In this document: piece by piece, positions 45,420-53,739 of the stretch
Numbering within the stretch: position 1 is the first letter of the stretch
Layout of the letters: each line of letters starts with the position of its first letter
Source: a virus
Taxonomy: Duplodnaviria; Caudoviricetes
Virus record (IMG/VR): IMGVR_UViG_2799112954_000004
Span: 1 to 64,000 of that record
DNA: 64,000 bases
Strand: one strand, 5' to 3'
Position numbers and translations under genes: made by a program
The notes under the pieces: model-generated
The model's input: only the letters and a program-made list of their open reading frames with translations
The model's database searches: none
What the model was told of the DNA's origin: nothing

Positions 45420-46801
45420 AGCTTCTCTTTCTTTAGAAATTCTTTCAATATCTCGTAAGGCTTTTTGTCGGTTAGCTCAGCACGATACTGGAGTTTATAA
45501 CCGATCTTCGACTTATCCTTATTGTAGCACTTCATAACACCGCGCATCTCCTTGCTCTCCGGATACTTGGTAATCATAGAAGTTTGCATATACTTGTAAT
45601 TCTTCATCTTATCTGCTGCAACGTATGGAGCAATGAGAGGCTTGCTCATACTCAGCATTACCATCAATCTGTGAAGTCTAAGATACGCGTGCTGTGGAGT
45701 GATACCGTAGATGAGCATCATTTGGTCTCCAGCAACGGAAGCAGGAGGCTGCAATGCTATTCCCATTACTCCCCAAAGCAAACCGTCAGCAAAGAGAGCG
45801 AAGTCGAGATTGACCATACCGCCACCACCTTGAAAATTGTGAGTCCACAGGTTGCGGTAATATTTTGCGATGGAGGCTGTAATCTTCTTGATTCCGATTT
45901 TGGTCTTCTCTGTTATCTCGTAATCAAGCGGCATGATGGAACAATTTAGTTTTTGCGTTTTATCCTCATTCGCCCTCGATATCATCGTGCCATTGGATAA
46001 CTGGAGGGCAACCTCCGGCTTATTCGTGGTCTGATAAACGTTGAAGTCTCCACGGCTGTTATGCCGACAGAAGATGGGGAAGCCAGCAGTTTCTCCCACC
46101 TTACATTCCTCGTAAGCGAGGATCAACGCATTCGCGTCTCCCATCAAGTCAACCATAACGTCTCTTCTTCCAGTCTCTGGGTCAAAGATGTTGTAGCTCG
46201 GCTCTTTCCACGTCACCATATCTCCAAAATTGAACTGTTGCTCGTAGCCTCCTTTGTAGGTCGGCAGCTGAGCAACAATAAGCGTCTTCTCGTCATCCTT
46301 TACTTCGTTCAGATGGTCTATCAAGTCCAGTGGTCGATAATTGATGCCGTGGAGTATTTTCTTTGCATGGTCGAGTGAAGTTTGGAAATCCTTAATGTGG
46401 CTCACTCTATTCAACTCCATATCTCTCAGCATGGAGTAGCCATAATCGTTTCCAGCCGATTTGCGAAGCCTATGGTACAGCATAGCGTAAAGCACCGTTG
46501 CTGGGTCCTTGCATTCCTCATCTGTAAAGCCCTCGATATGTATCTCTAAATCATCCAAAGGCTTGTCCATGATGGCATATCCGAAAACTGAGGAATAGAG
46601 GGTGACGTCGCTCGCTTCAATCTGATCAGGCTTGAACCCTGCTTGAACCGCTAAATTTGACATGGCGAAAGAACCAGCGCACGGCTCGACTATTCTTGTG
46701 AAACCCTGCGCTTTTGCGTTTATCATTATCTGCTTGATAAACTTCTGCTGATCAGAATGCACCTGACCAATAAACAAACTTCCTGGGGACGCAAAAATCA
46801 T
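45386..46801 (-). CDS. Adenine methyltransferase-like protein with C-terminal Mom/GNAT-like domain (putative DNA modification enzyme)
   Basis: Motif I-like IVEPCAGSF, degenerate motif IV AQLPTY; C-terminal LWTHN...FALFADGLLWGV pattern. Confidence 0.55.
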   Translation of the reverse strand: MIFASPGSLFIGQVHSDQQKFIKQIMINAKAQGFTRIVEPCAGSFAMSNLAVQAGFKPDQIEASDVTLYSSVFGYAIMDKPLDDLEIHIEGFTDEECKDPATVLYAMLYHRLRKSAGNDYGYSMLRDMELNRVSHIKDFQTSLDHAKKILHGINYRPLDLIDHLNEVKDDEKTLIVAQLPTYKGGYEQQFNFGDMVTWKEPSYNIFDPETGRRDVMVDLMGDANALILAYEECKVGETAGFPIFCRHNSRGDFNVYQTTNKPEVALQLSNGTMISRANEDKTQKLNCSIMPLDYEITEKTKIGIKKITASIAKYYRNLWTHNFQGGGGMVNLDFALFADGLLWGVMGIALQPPASVAGDQMMLIYGITPQHAYLRLHRLMVMLSMSKPLIAPYVAADKMKNYKYMQTSMITKYPESKEMRGVMKCYNKDKSKIGYKLQYRAELTDKKPYEILKEFLKKEKLWQQNRQKNQK

Positions 46802-46826
46802 ACACGAAAAAACAATGTTTCTCTTG

Positions 46827-46898
46827 TCCGGAGGGACAGTTTCGCTCTACCACCTCCTTAGCCCCTTGCTAAGTGCTCTATCATTAAGCTACCTCCGG
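46827..46898 (-). ncRNA. Degenerate tRNA-Pro(AGG)-like cloverleaf
   Basis: 72 nt with canonical arm lengths: CCGGAGG/CCTCCGG, GCTT/GAGC, CTTAG/CTAAG, variable GAGGT, GGTAG/CTGTC; loops CAAGGGG and AGCGAAA non-canonical; ends ACAA. Confidence 0.75.
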
Positions 46899-46910
46899 TT
46901 TTTCTACTCG

Positions 46911-46940
46911 CAAAGATACGAAATATATTTGAAAGACAAA
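46911..46940 (-). promoter_or_regulatory. Class II promoter for modification/terminase operon
   Basis: TTTGTCTTTCAAATATATTTCG-TATCTTTG. Confidence 0.75.
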
Positions 46941-46972
46941 TATCATTAACAAACTTTAGCAATCATCCACAC

Positions 46973-47009
46973 AAAAAGAGGCAGAGGGCTGGCACGCTCC
47001 CTCCACCTC
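46973..47009 (-). terminator. Intrinsic terminator after luxS
   Basis: GAGGTGGAGGGAGC-GTGCCA-GCCCTCTGCCTC followed by TTTTT. Confidence 0.7.
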
Positions 47010-47056
47010 AAGCAACATTACAAACCAAAAACATTATACTCGTGTCTGAATGCTAT

Positions 47057-47530
47057 TTAGTCGTAGCTCATATTCTCCGGCTTGATATTGTCGAGAACAT
47101 TCAGATACCTCTTCGCTATGCTCCTTGCTTCTTTCAGCGAATGGAAATGAGTGTTACCACACTCTTCCTCAGTAGCACCAGGTATATCTGTATCCCATTC
47201 TCTGACCGCCACAAACATACGATGGATGAGATTCAAAATCTGAGCACTGTCGTAGTCACCTTTCACAATCAGATAGAAACCAGTGAGGCATCCCATCGGC
47301 CCAAAATAGATGATGCTGTCTTTCCATTCATCATCATTTCTAAGGAATGTGGCACCAATATGCTCAATGGTGTGGGCTGCTTCTGGGAGCATATAATCTA
47401 CATTCGGCTTTTCCACTCTTATGTCGAAGGTGGTGATGATGTCTCCCGATGGCGTCCTATCCTTCCTTGACACATAGATGCCGCACTGCAGCTTCTTGTG
47501 GTCAACTTTGAAACTTTCTATCTTTTCCAT
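47057..47530 (-). CDS. luxS: S-ribosylhomocysteine lyase (AI-2 synthase)
   Basis: ESFKVDH, TTFDIR..KPN, HTIEH metal motif, GPMGCLTGFY catalytic Cys, ECGN. Confidence 0.95.
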   Translation of the reverse strand: MEKIESFKVDHKKLQCGIYVSRKDRTPSGDIITTFDIRVEKPNVDYMLPEAAHTIEHIGATFLRNDDEWKDSIIYFGPMGCLTGFYLIVKGDYDSAQILNLIHRMFVAVREWDTDIPGATEEECGNTHFHSLKEARSIAKRYLNVLDNIKPENMSYD

Positions 47531-47532
47531 TT

Positions 47533-47790
47533 TTACTCCTCCACTTTATCGTAGGTCTTCTTAAAGGCTTCGGGCTTGCAAGGGTACAGCTCACCGAGGA
47601 CCCCCTTGATGATATAGTCTCCTTTGCTTGCGTGCATTTCACCTTCGAGGGTGGGGATAACAAGTTTGTCACTATTCTCAGAAAGAAGCGAGACCTCACC
47701 ATTCGAGAACTTGGATATTTCATCAAAATTACGGCCATCCCATTGAACAGCCGTAACTTGAACTCTTTTCTTAATATACTTTCCAATCAT
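47533..47790 (-). CDS. Conserved small phage protein
   Basis: IPTLEGEMHASKGDYIIKGVLGELYPCKPEAFKKTY motif. Confidence 0.75.
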   Translation of the reverse strand: MIGKYIKKRVQVTAVQWDGRNFDEISKFSNGEVSLLSENSDKLVIPTLEGEMHASKGDYIIKGVLGELYPCKPEAFKKTYDKVEE

Positions 47791-47795
47791 AATGA

Positions 47796-49052
47796 TTACA
47801 AGCCAAAAGTCTCTCTCAGATAGTCTGCAATATCAGTCTTCTCCCAAGTGAACAGATCCACCTGCATAGTCTTCTCGGGATTATACTTGCTCTTAAAGAC
47901 CTTCGTGACCGTCCTCGGCTCACGTCCAAAGTGACCGTAGGAGGCTGTCTCAAAGTACATAGGCTGTCTCAGCGAGAACCTTTGCTCAATGAACTTCGGG
48001 CGCAAATCGAAGAAATTTCTGATGTACTCAGCAATCTCTCCGTCAGTCTTATCAACGTGGCTCTTTCCATAGGTGTTGACGAACACACTGACAGGCTGAG
48101 CAACGCCAATGGCATAAGCAAGCTGAACGAGCATTTCATCAGCAACTCCTGCAGCAACCATATTCTTGGCAATCCAGCGAGCCATATAAGCGGCAGAACG
48201 GTCAACCTTACTTGGGTCCTTGCCGGAGAAAGCACCACCGCCGTGCGCTCCACGGCCGCCATAGGTGTCAACGATAATCTTACGGCCAGTCAAACCCGTG
48301 TCTCCATGAGGACCACCGATAACGAACTTTCCAGTAGGGTTGACGTACAGCCCGAAGGCACCACTAAGCAAGTTCCGAACGTTCTTGTCCTTGATTCTCG
48401 AACGGACTCTCGGAATGAGGATGGTACGAACGTCATTCTTGATCTGCTCCTGCATAGCCTCATCTGAGCCGAACTCATCGTGCTGGGTGGAGATAACGAT
48501 ATTGTCAATGTGCAATGGCGTACCATCATCTGAATACTTAACCGTCACCTGACTCTTCGCATCGGGACGGAGGTAGGTCATCACCTTACCTTCCTTTCTG
48601 ATTGCAGTAAGTTCCTCCATCAGCAGGTTTGCCAAATAGATGGGCGTAGGCATATACGTCTCGGTCTCATTTGTTGCGTAACCGAACATCATACCTTGGT
48701 CTCCTGCTCCTTGCTCCATTACGTCTGCTGTTTCAACACCACGATTGATGTCGTCACTCTGCTCATGGATGGCATTGATGATACCACAAGAATCGTAATC
48801 AAACTGGTATTCTGCTTTCGTATAGCCTATGCGTCTGATTACTTCTCTCGCTACAGCTTGCAGGTCAATATATGCGTTGCTTCTTACCTCTCCTGCGAGA
48901 ACTACCTGCCCTGTGGTGCAAAGGGTTTCAACTGCGACATGTGACTTTGGGTCATACGCCAAAAACTGGTCTAAGATTGCGTCTGAAATCTGATCCGCAA
49001 CCTTGTCTGGGTGTCCTTCTGATACGGACTCCGAAGTGAATAAATAAGCCAT
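47796..49052 (-). CDS. metK: S-adenosylmethionine synthetase (Bacteroidetes type)
   Basis: [55 protein letters not shown]; true start MAYLFTSE at 49052. Confidence 0.97.
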   Translation of the reverse strand: MAYLFTSESVSEGHPDKVADQISDAILDQFLAYDPKSHVAVETLCTTGQVVLAGEVRSNAYIDLQAVAREVIRRIGYTKAEYQFDYDSCGIINAIHEQSDDINRGVETADVMEQGAGDQGMMFGYATNETETYMPTPIYLANLLMEELTAIRKEGKVMTYLRPDAKSQVTVKYSDDGTPLHIDNIVISTQHDEFGSDEAMQEQIKNDVRTILIPRVRSRIKDKNVRNLLSGAFGLYVNPTGKFVIGGPHGDTGLTGRKIIVDTYGGRGAHGGGAFSGKDPSKVDRSAAYMARWIAKNMVAAGVADEMLVQLAYAIGVAQPVSVFVNTYGKSHVDKTDGEIAEYIRNFFDLRPKFIEQRFSLRQPMYFETASYGHFGREPRTVTKVFKSKYNPEKTMQVDLFTWEKTDIADYLRETFGL

Positions 49053-49073
49053 ATAAACTAAAATAATATATTG

Positions 49074-49173
49074 CACCCGTCTTCGGATTCGGACCGAAAC
49101 TCCCGTGCGCATGGGACTCCACGTTCTATACGGCATCGCCTGCTGCCTTTTGCACTACCGTACAGGGACGGGT
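49074..49173 (-). ncRNA. tRNA-like structured element in metK leader
   Basis: ACCCGTC/GACGGGT 7-bp acceptor-like stem stacked on TTCGG/CCGAA 5-bp arm with loop TCCGAAT; three internal hairpins; ends GCAA. Confidence 0.65.
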
Positions 49174-49179
49174 TAATGC

Positions 49180-49581
49180 CTACATATCGAAAAGACTCAA
49201 CTGCTTGTACTTTGGCTCCTTGCTCTTGCCGAACTCCTCAACTCCGAGATTCAGCTTCTCATTGAGCCAGTCTGCAAGAAGATGGCGATGGCAGAAATCG
49301 TCCGGCTTCTCAAAGCAACAGAGAGCAATGTCTCTTCCGCCACTGACCTCCTGCAGCTTTCTCAGCACCTCATTAGGATTGAGGCGACCAAGGACTTCTC
49401 TCTTATACCGCGCTGTATAAACGTCCAAATCCTGCTCGTTCAGAATGGAGTAGGTCGGCGCCAGCTCTTTCAGAGATAAACCGTAATACCACTGTGGAGG
49501 ATATAAAGCTACTCCTACCATCTTAACTCCGGCTTTCTTCAGCTTCTTGCCGTTCGCGAAATATGACGTGTAAACTTTCAT
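49180..49581 (-). CDS. DUF488-family protein
   Basis: YTSYF, LAPT, LCCFEKPDDFCHRHLLADWL. Confidence 0.8.
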   Translation of the reverse strand: MKVYTSYFANGKKLKKAGVKMVGVALYPPQWYYGLSLKELAPTYSILNEQDLDVYTARYKREVLGRLNPNEVLRKLQEVSGGRDIALCCFEKPDDFCHRHLLADWLNEKLNLGVEEFGKSKEPKYKQLSLFDM

Positions 49582-49600
49582 TTATCTTTGTTTTCTTATG

Positions 49601-49630
49601 TAAAGGTAATAAAAATAATTGAAAGACAAA
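49601..49630 (-). promoter_or_regulatory. Hybrid promoter for DUF488-metK-luxS operon
   Basis: Class II -33 region TTTGTCTTTCAA joined to class I -7 box TACCTTTA. Confidence 0.65.
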
Positions 49631-49667
49631 TACTTTACCCCCAATTATTTTCCCATCTAAACTAAGT

Positions 49668-50432
49668 TTAACTTATCCGTATTGGGTTGAGGGTTAGGTT
49701 CTCGAGATTGAGGAAAGCTCCCTGCGTGTCAAGTACTCCGATGGTAAACATCTTCCAAAGCAAGGCGCATCCTACGTTTGCAAGCGTAGAGTTGATAAAC
49801 AGATCCTGCTTGCTAAGAGCCTCGGCAAGTGAGCAACTGGGACCGCTTTCTCTCTCATTAACCTTATCGAGGTCAAACACCTCATCAACGTCCTTCAATC
49901 GTGAAACGCATCCCTTTCCTCTATTCGGCTGCTTCACCTTGTTGCCAAACGAGCCAAGGACAACCTGCCCTCGGTCTGTCATGTTGCCGAAGTCCAGCCA
50001 GTAGTAAACTCTATCGGTATCGATGGAGAAAACACCGTACTCTTTGCCGGAGGCTATCTCTTTCCTCGATTTCAGCGTATCAACACAACTGACGATGATG
50101 TTGGAGGTGGTATTGTCTTTCTCGTACATCTTAGGTACACACTCCCAATCAGTGCCAAAGAACCTATTGAGCTTCGTTATCAGCACCTCGGCTTTGTTCA
50201 GCCCTATCTCAGTCTCAGAGAATAGCTGCCTACCGCAGTTGGCTTCTGTTATGATGTCTCCATCGTACGCCTTTACGAACAGTCCAGGATGCCCAAGTCT
50301 TTGCAGCGCATAGTTCATTCTGCCCAGTGAGGTGAGAACCTGTGAGCCGGTGCCTCCGCAGCCTACCAAATCTACCGTCAGCTGATGCTGTGGCGATAGA
50401 ATGTAATTTGCAACATAATGCTTCTTCTTCAT
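49668..50432 (-). CDS. PRTRC system ThiF-family (E1-like) protein
   Basis: LVGCGGTGSQV, DGDIITEANCGRQ, WLDFGN, GPSCSLAEALSKQDLFIN. Confidence 0.9.
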   Translation of the reverse strand: MKKKHYVANYILSPQHQLTVDLVGCGGTGSQVLTSLGRMNYALQRLGHPGLFVKAYDGDIITEANCGRQLFSETEIGLNKAEVLITKLNRFFGTDWECVPKMYEKDNTTSNIIVSCVDTLKSRKEIASGKEYGVFSIDTDRVYYWLDFGNMTDRGQVVLGSFGNKVKQPNRGKGCVSRLKDVDEVFDLDKVNERESGPSCSLAEALSKQDLFINSTLANVGCALLWKMFTIGVLDTQGAFLNLENLTLNPIRIS

Positions 50433-51142
50433 TTCAACAAATCATTAAGTTTAAACTTTGCCTTGATCAACACGTCTGTGGGGAACTGCTTGCCAGTGGC
50501 GATACATTCCTTCGTCACGGTCGCAAGGTTGCCATTGATGGGGTTGCCGCCAAGCAGATGGACGAACTCAGACTTCCAAAACATTTCCTCCCAATAAGCT
50601 ATCCACTTATCGAAAGTTTGCTCACTCGGTTTCTTGACTCTCGCACTGCCTAAGCAAACTCCATCCTCTCCAGTGTTGAAGAAAGGCGCACGATATAGAA
50701 TCGACTTCGGCTTGTAGCCCTTGAAAGCATACACTTTCAGCTTGCTGCCATCAGAGGAATACACCAAACCTGGGACCCACATTTCTCCATTCGGTATGTC
50801 AAGACCCTTTGTGAAATACATCATCCGCTTCTCCGGCTTGCGATACCAAACAATCTTATACTTATCGACGTTGGAGCTCACATACAGCAAACATTCCGGC
50901 ACTCTGCCATGGATAGACACAAACGAGGTATTGCCCTTGATGAACTTATCCACGGTCTTCATCAGACTCGCTATGGTGGAGAGTTTCAACGGCTTTCCTG
51001 CTCCCATGGCACCGTCCTTGATGGAGCGATGTTCTATATACGCCAAATCGCTCGTCTCCACGTCATGCACTTTACCCTGATAGAAAATCAGCGCATCGGT
51101 AGGGACAATCTCGGCGTTTAGCAATTCCTTAAAGTTTTCCAT
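50429..51142 (-). CDS. PRTRC system protein B (prokaryotic E2-like)
   Basis: YIEHRSI..GAMGAGKPL, WYRKPEKR, LYRAPFFN...VCLG, WEEMFWKSEFVH. Confidence 0.85.
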   Translation of the reverse strand: MENFKELLNAEIVPTDALIFYQGKVHDVETSDLAYIEHRSIKDGAMGAGKPLKLSTIASLMKTVDKFIKGNTSFVSIHGRVPECLLYVSSNVDKYKIVWYRKPEKRMMYFTKGLDIPNGEMWVPGLVYSSDGSKLKVYAFKGYKPKSILYRAPFFNTGEDGVCLGSARVKKPSEQTFDKWIAYWEEMFWKSEFVHLLGGNPINGNLATVTKECIATGKQFPTDVLIKAKFKLNDLLK

Positions 51143-52271
51143 TCTCTATGTCGCTAACAAATTTCATAAATTCATCATTCCAATCCAAGAACCTCTTACC
51201 ACGTTCCTTGCACTCGAACAACTGGTTAACGCTCTCCTTAGTGATACAGTCCTCTCTGATCGGAACCGCATAATTCCAACCAGTTACTTCAATTCCCGAC
51301 TCAACATCCGAGTTGATGATGCTCAGATATTCATCGGTCAGACCATCGTCTGGGCTGTAGAAGATTGCCGTTAACGTTGGGCTGTCTAAGGATAACTCGT
51401 CACGGTCAAATATACCATCATTACTCGGGTCGAAGCAAAACTCTTGGGTGTTGAGGTTGGCTACGTCTAATCCTCTTTCAAGACAAAGCATGAAGTTGGC
51501 CAGAAGACTGGACTCACAGCTATCTCTGAACTCTCTGATTTCGACTTTCAACTTATCGGGCGAGGTATAGGGTAGGCTTTTAATCTCCTCGAAAATCTCA
51601 TAATACTCGTTGCCTTTCTGATAGCCGGCAAGCTGAGGGTCCAAGTCTTCCGTGTCCTCCATTTCCATACCTAACATTTCAAGATAGCCACTCTCGCTGT
51701 CTCCAACACCAAAGTTGATATTCATATCTTCGCTGATGGTTCTCATGAAACGCATAAACAGCTCCCTTGCCTTGTCTTTCAGATAGGAGGCAGGGGAACA
51801 ATAGAGGACGACCACGGTAAAATCGAAGCAGTCCATATTGGAATACACAACCAAATCCAAATTCTTGCAATCCTCGTCATAAGGATCTCGTCTCTGCACC
51901 ACCAAACTGAGCTGCTTCTTGGATAGGACGCTCTCGAGCTTATTCAGCATGCCGTTGATAGCCTCTCCGTTTGAGGCAATGGGAGACAGGCTGATTCTTT
52001 CGCTCTCTCCCAATTCCTCCAACAGCTTGTTGGCTCCAGCGAGCATTTCCTTATAGCTGTCACCGAGGTCCAGGTTAAAGGCGAGCTCCAGCTCCTTGTC
52101 TGAGATTCGCCTGCTTTCAAAATGGGCGTTCAGAAAAGCAAAGGGCTGGCCTTTGGCACCAGCCTTTGCTCTGACGTGTCCTGCGAAACGTGGTACATGC
52201 TTCTCTCCTCGTTCTTTATAACCGAGTAGAGGGCTCTGTAAAACGCTTGCTGTTGCTTCTGCGACTCGCAT
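51129..52271 (-). CDS. PRTRC protein F-like acidic protein
   Basis: Occupies protein-F slot between C and B; assignment mainly positional. Confidence 0.5.
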   Translation of the reverse strand: MRVAEATASVLQSPLLGYKERGEKHVPRFAGHVRAKAGAKGQPFAFLNAHFESRRISDKELELAFNLDLGDSYKEMLAGANKLLEELGESERISLSPIASNGEAINGMLNKLESVLSKKQLSLVVQRRDPYDEDCKNLDLVVYSNMDCFDFTVVVLYCSPASYLKDKARELFMRFMRTISEDMNINFGVGDSESGYLEMLGMEMEDTEDLDPQLAGYQKGNEYYEIFEEIKSLPYTSPDKLKVEIREFRDSCESSLLANFMLCLERGLDVANLNTQEFCFDPSNDGIFDRDELSLDSPTLTAIFYSPDDGLTDEYLSIINSDVESGIEVTGWNYAVPIREDCITKESVNQLFECKERGKRFLDWNDEFMKFVSDIENGKL

Positions 52272-52275
52272 TCTT

Positions 52276-52485
52276 TCATCCCTTCGTTCCTACAGTGGTC
52301 TTGAACTCGTAAACAGCCTTGCCGCCCTCAATCTTTGGTCCGTGGACGTTGCTTGTCGTCAACTCGGGGTAGGTTCCTGCGTAGAACGCCATAACTTCAT
52401 CCGGCGTCATGTTCTTGTTAGGATCATCCAAGGTTCTGTTTCCATACTTGAACACTCTCTTTAGTCCAGTTATATTCAATGCCAT
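52276..52485 (-). CDS. PRTRC system protein C (ubiquitin-like)
   Basis: RVFKY...LDDPN..MTPDEVMAFYAGTYPELTT..V.GP, C-terminal VGTKG. Confidence 0.9.
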   Translation of the reverse strand: MALNITGLKRVFKYGNRTLDDPNKNMTPDEVMAFYAGTYPELTTSNVHGPKIEGGKAVYEFKTTVGTKG

Positions 52486-52487
52486 AC

Positions 52488-53090
52488 TTAATCCTCCGTT
52501 TCTTCATCTTCGGTTTCCTCACTATCTTCTGAAGGGTTCGGCTTAGAGGTGTCAGCCGTATCCTTGCCATCACTCAAATCCTCAACAGCTCCAAACATAC
52601 TTCCGAAGCCGCTGGTCTGGTCGATTTCCTGCTCGACTTTCTTGATGACGCTCTTTTCAGCCATTGGAAGCGCTGCAGCCTTGACAAGGACTTTCTTCGC
52701 GTCCTTGAACTTGTGAGCCTCGTTATTCTTGCGAGCGAGGTCAACGAGCTTCTTGAACTCGTCCTTCTGAGATTTCTCCTCGGCTTTCTTCTTCTTCTCC
52801 ATGTCTGACTCAGCCTTGGCTTTCTCAACGCTCTCCTCGTACTCCTTAACATTGGAGACGAACGAGCTCTCCTTCAGCACTGGCTTAAGCGCATCCTCGA
52901 AGTTAGCCTCGAAGTCATCCGGTGTGCCACTGAGGACCAACGGCTTGATGTTGTCCTTAACCCCTTTGTCCTTTAAGGAGGTGAGGTCTGTTACTAAACT
53001 CATGGTCAGCTCCTGACCGGTTCTGCAGATGGTGATGTTCACTTGCTCACCATCGTGCAGACTCTGAAACATTGTTTTGAAAAACTCCAT
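52488..53090 (-). CDS. PRTRC system protein E
   Basis: IKPLVLSGTPDDFEANF motif, acidic tail, immediately upstream of protein C. Confidence 0.8.
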   Translation of the reverse strand: MEFFKTMFQSLHDGEQVNITICRTGQELTMSLVTDLTSLKDKGVKDNIKPLVLSGTPDDFEANFEDALKPVLKESSFVSNVKEYEESVEKAKAESDMEKKKKAEEKSQKDEFKKLVDLARKNNEAHKFKDAKKVLVKAAALPMAEKSVIKKVEQEIDQTSGFGSMFGAVEDLSDGKDTADTSKPNPSEDSEETEDEETED

Positions 53091-53096
53091 AATCGA

Positions 53097-53588
53097 TTAT
53101 TTATGTTCAACTTGCTTGACTATATTCTCAACTGGTACCTGACAGAGGATCCATTCACGTCCGTCTTTCAGATAGCTGATGTCGTATACCACGCAGTAGT
53201 CTGTGAATCGGACTTCCTTACTGAGCACCGTTCCCTCGCAGATTACCTTTCCGTTCTTGGCGACCTTAACCTTATCGCCCTTCTTGAACTCGCTCGTGAA
53301 GTAGCAGTAATCAACCAGCCAGGGCTTCTCACCGTACATATACCAATCAAGGCGTACGCAGCTATCGCTACCGTCGAGGCAGGAGCCGAACAATGAGCTT
53401 CCACCCATCTCCGCATTGAAATACTTCGCTCTACTGCTCACTGAGTAGCTTCTGGAAGTCTCCGAGTAGTGCACGTTGAAAGATTCCTCCTTGAATACTA
53501 CCACGCCTTTAAGAGGCTCGTTGTCACCTGGGACCATGTTGTACTGCTCCATCTTCTGACAGAACTCCGAAAAACTCATCTGTTTCAT
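53097..53588 (-). CDS. Hypothetical protein heading the PRTRC operon
   Basis: GVVVFKEESF...YSETSRSY...GSSLFGSCLDGSD..VRLDWYM; follows class I promoter copy 5. Confidence 0.7.
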   Translation of the reverse strand: MKQMSFSEFCQKMEQYNMVPGDNEPLKGVVVFKEESFNVHYSETSRSYSVSSRAKYFNAEMGGSSLFGSCLDGSDSCVRLDWYMYGEKPWLVDYCYFTSEFKKGDKVKVAKNGKVICEGTVLSKEVRFTDYCVVYDISYLKDGREWILCQVPVENIVKQVEHK

Positions 53589-53604
53589 TGCTTTAATCTT
53601 TAAT

Positions 53605-53695
53605 ATGTTTCTTATTTACAAGTGTAAAGGTACTGAATTTCACTGAGTTACGCAAGCGTTCACTCAATTATTTTTCCTTCGCTCAAAGTTTTAAC
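53605..53695 (-). promoter_or_regulatory. Class I repeated promoter/leader, copy 5
   Basis: CTTGCGTAACTCAGTGAAATTCAG-TACCTTTA-CACTTGTAAATAAGAAACAT. Confidence 0.8.
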
Positions 53696-53739
53696 TTTAT
53701 CTATAGACAGGGAGGGGAAACTCCCACTACAGCCGACCC

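Noticed and set aside
38352-49136. ORF-track starts for portal (38402), ArdC (42326), terL (44109) and metK (49136)
   Set aside because: They run through promoters, upstream genes or structured RNA; downstream ATGs at 38351, 42245, 44076 and 49052 match family N-termini or leader motifs
49053-49179. Known SAM-I/SAM-II riboswitch upstream of metK
   Set aside because: I could not find the SAM-I AUC...GAU core or SAM-II pseudoknot consensus; kept only as an unassigned tRNA-like structure
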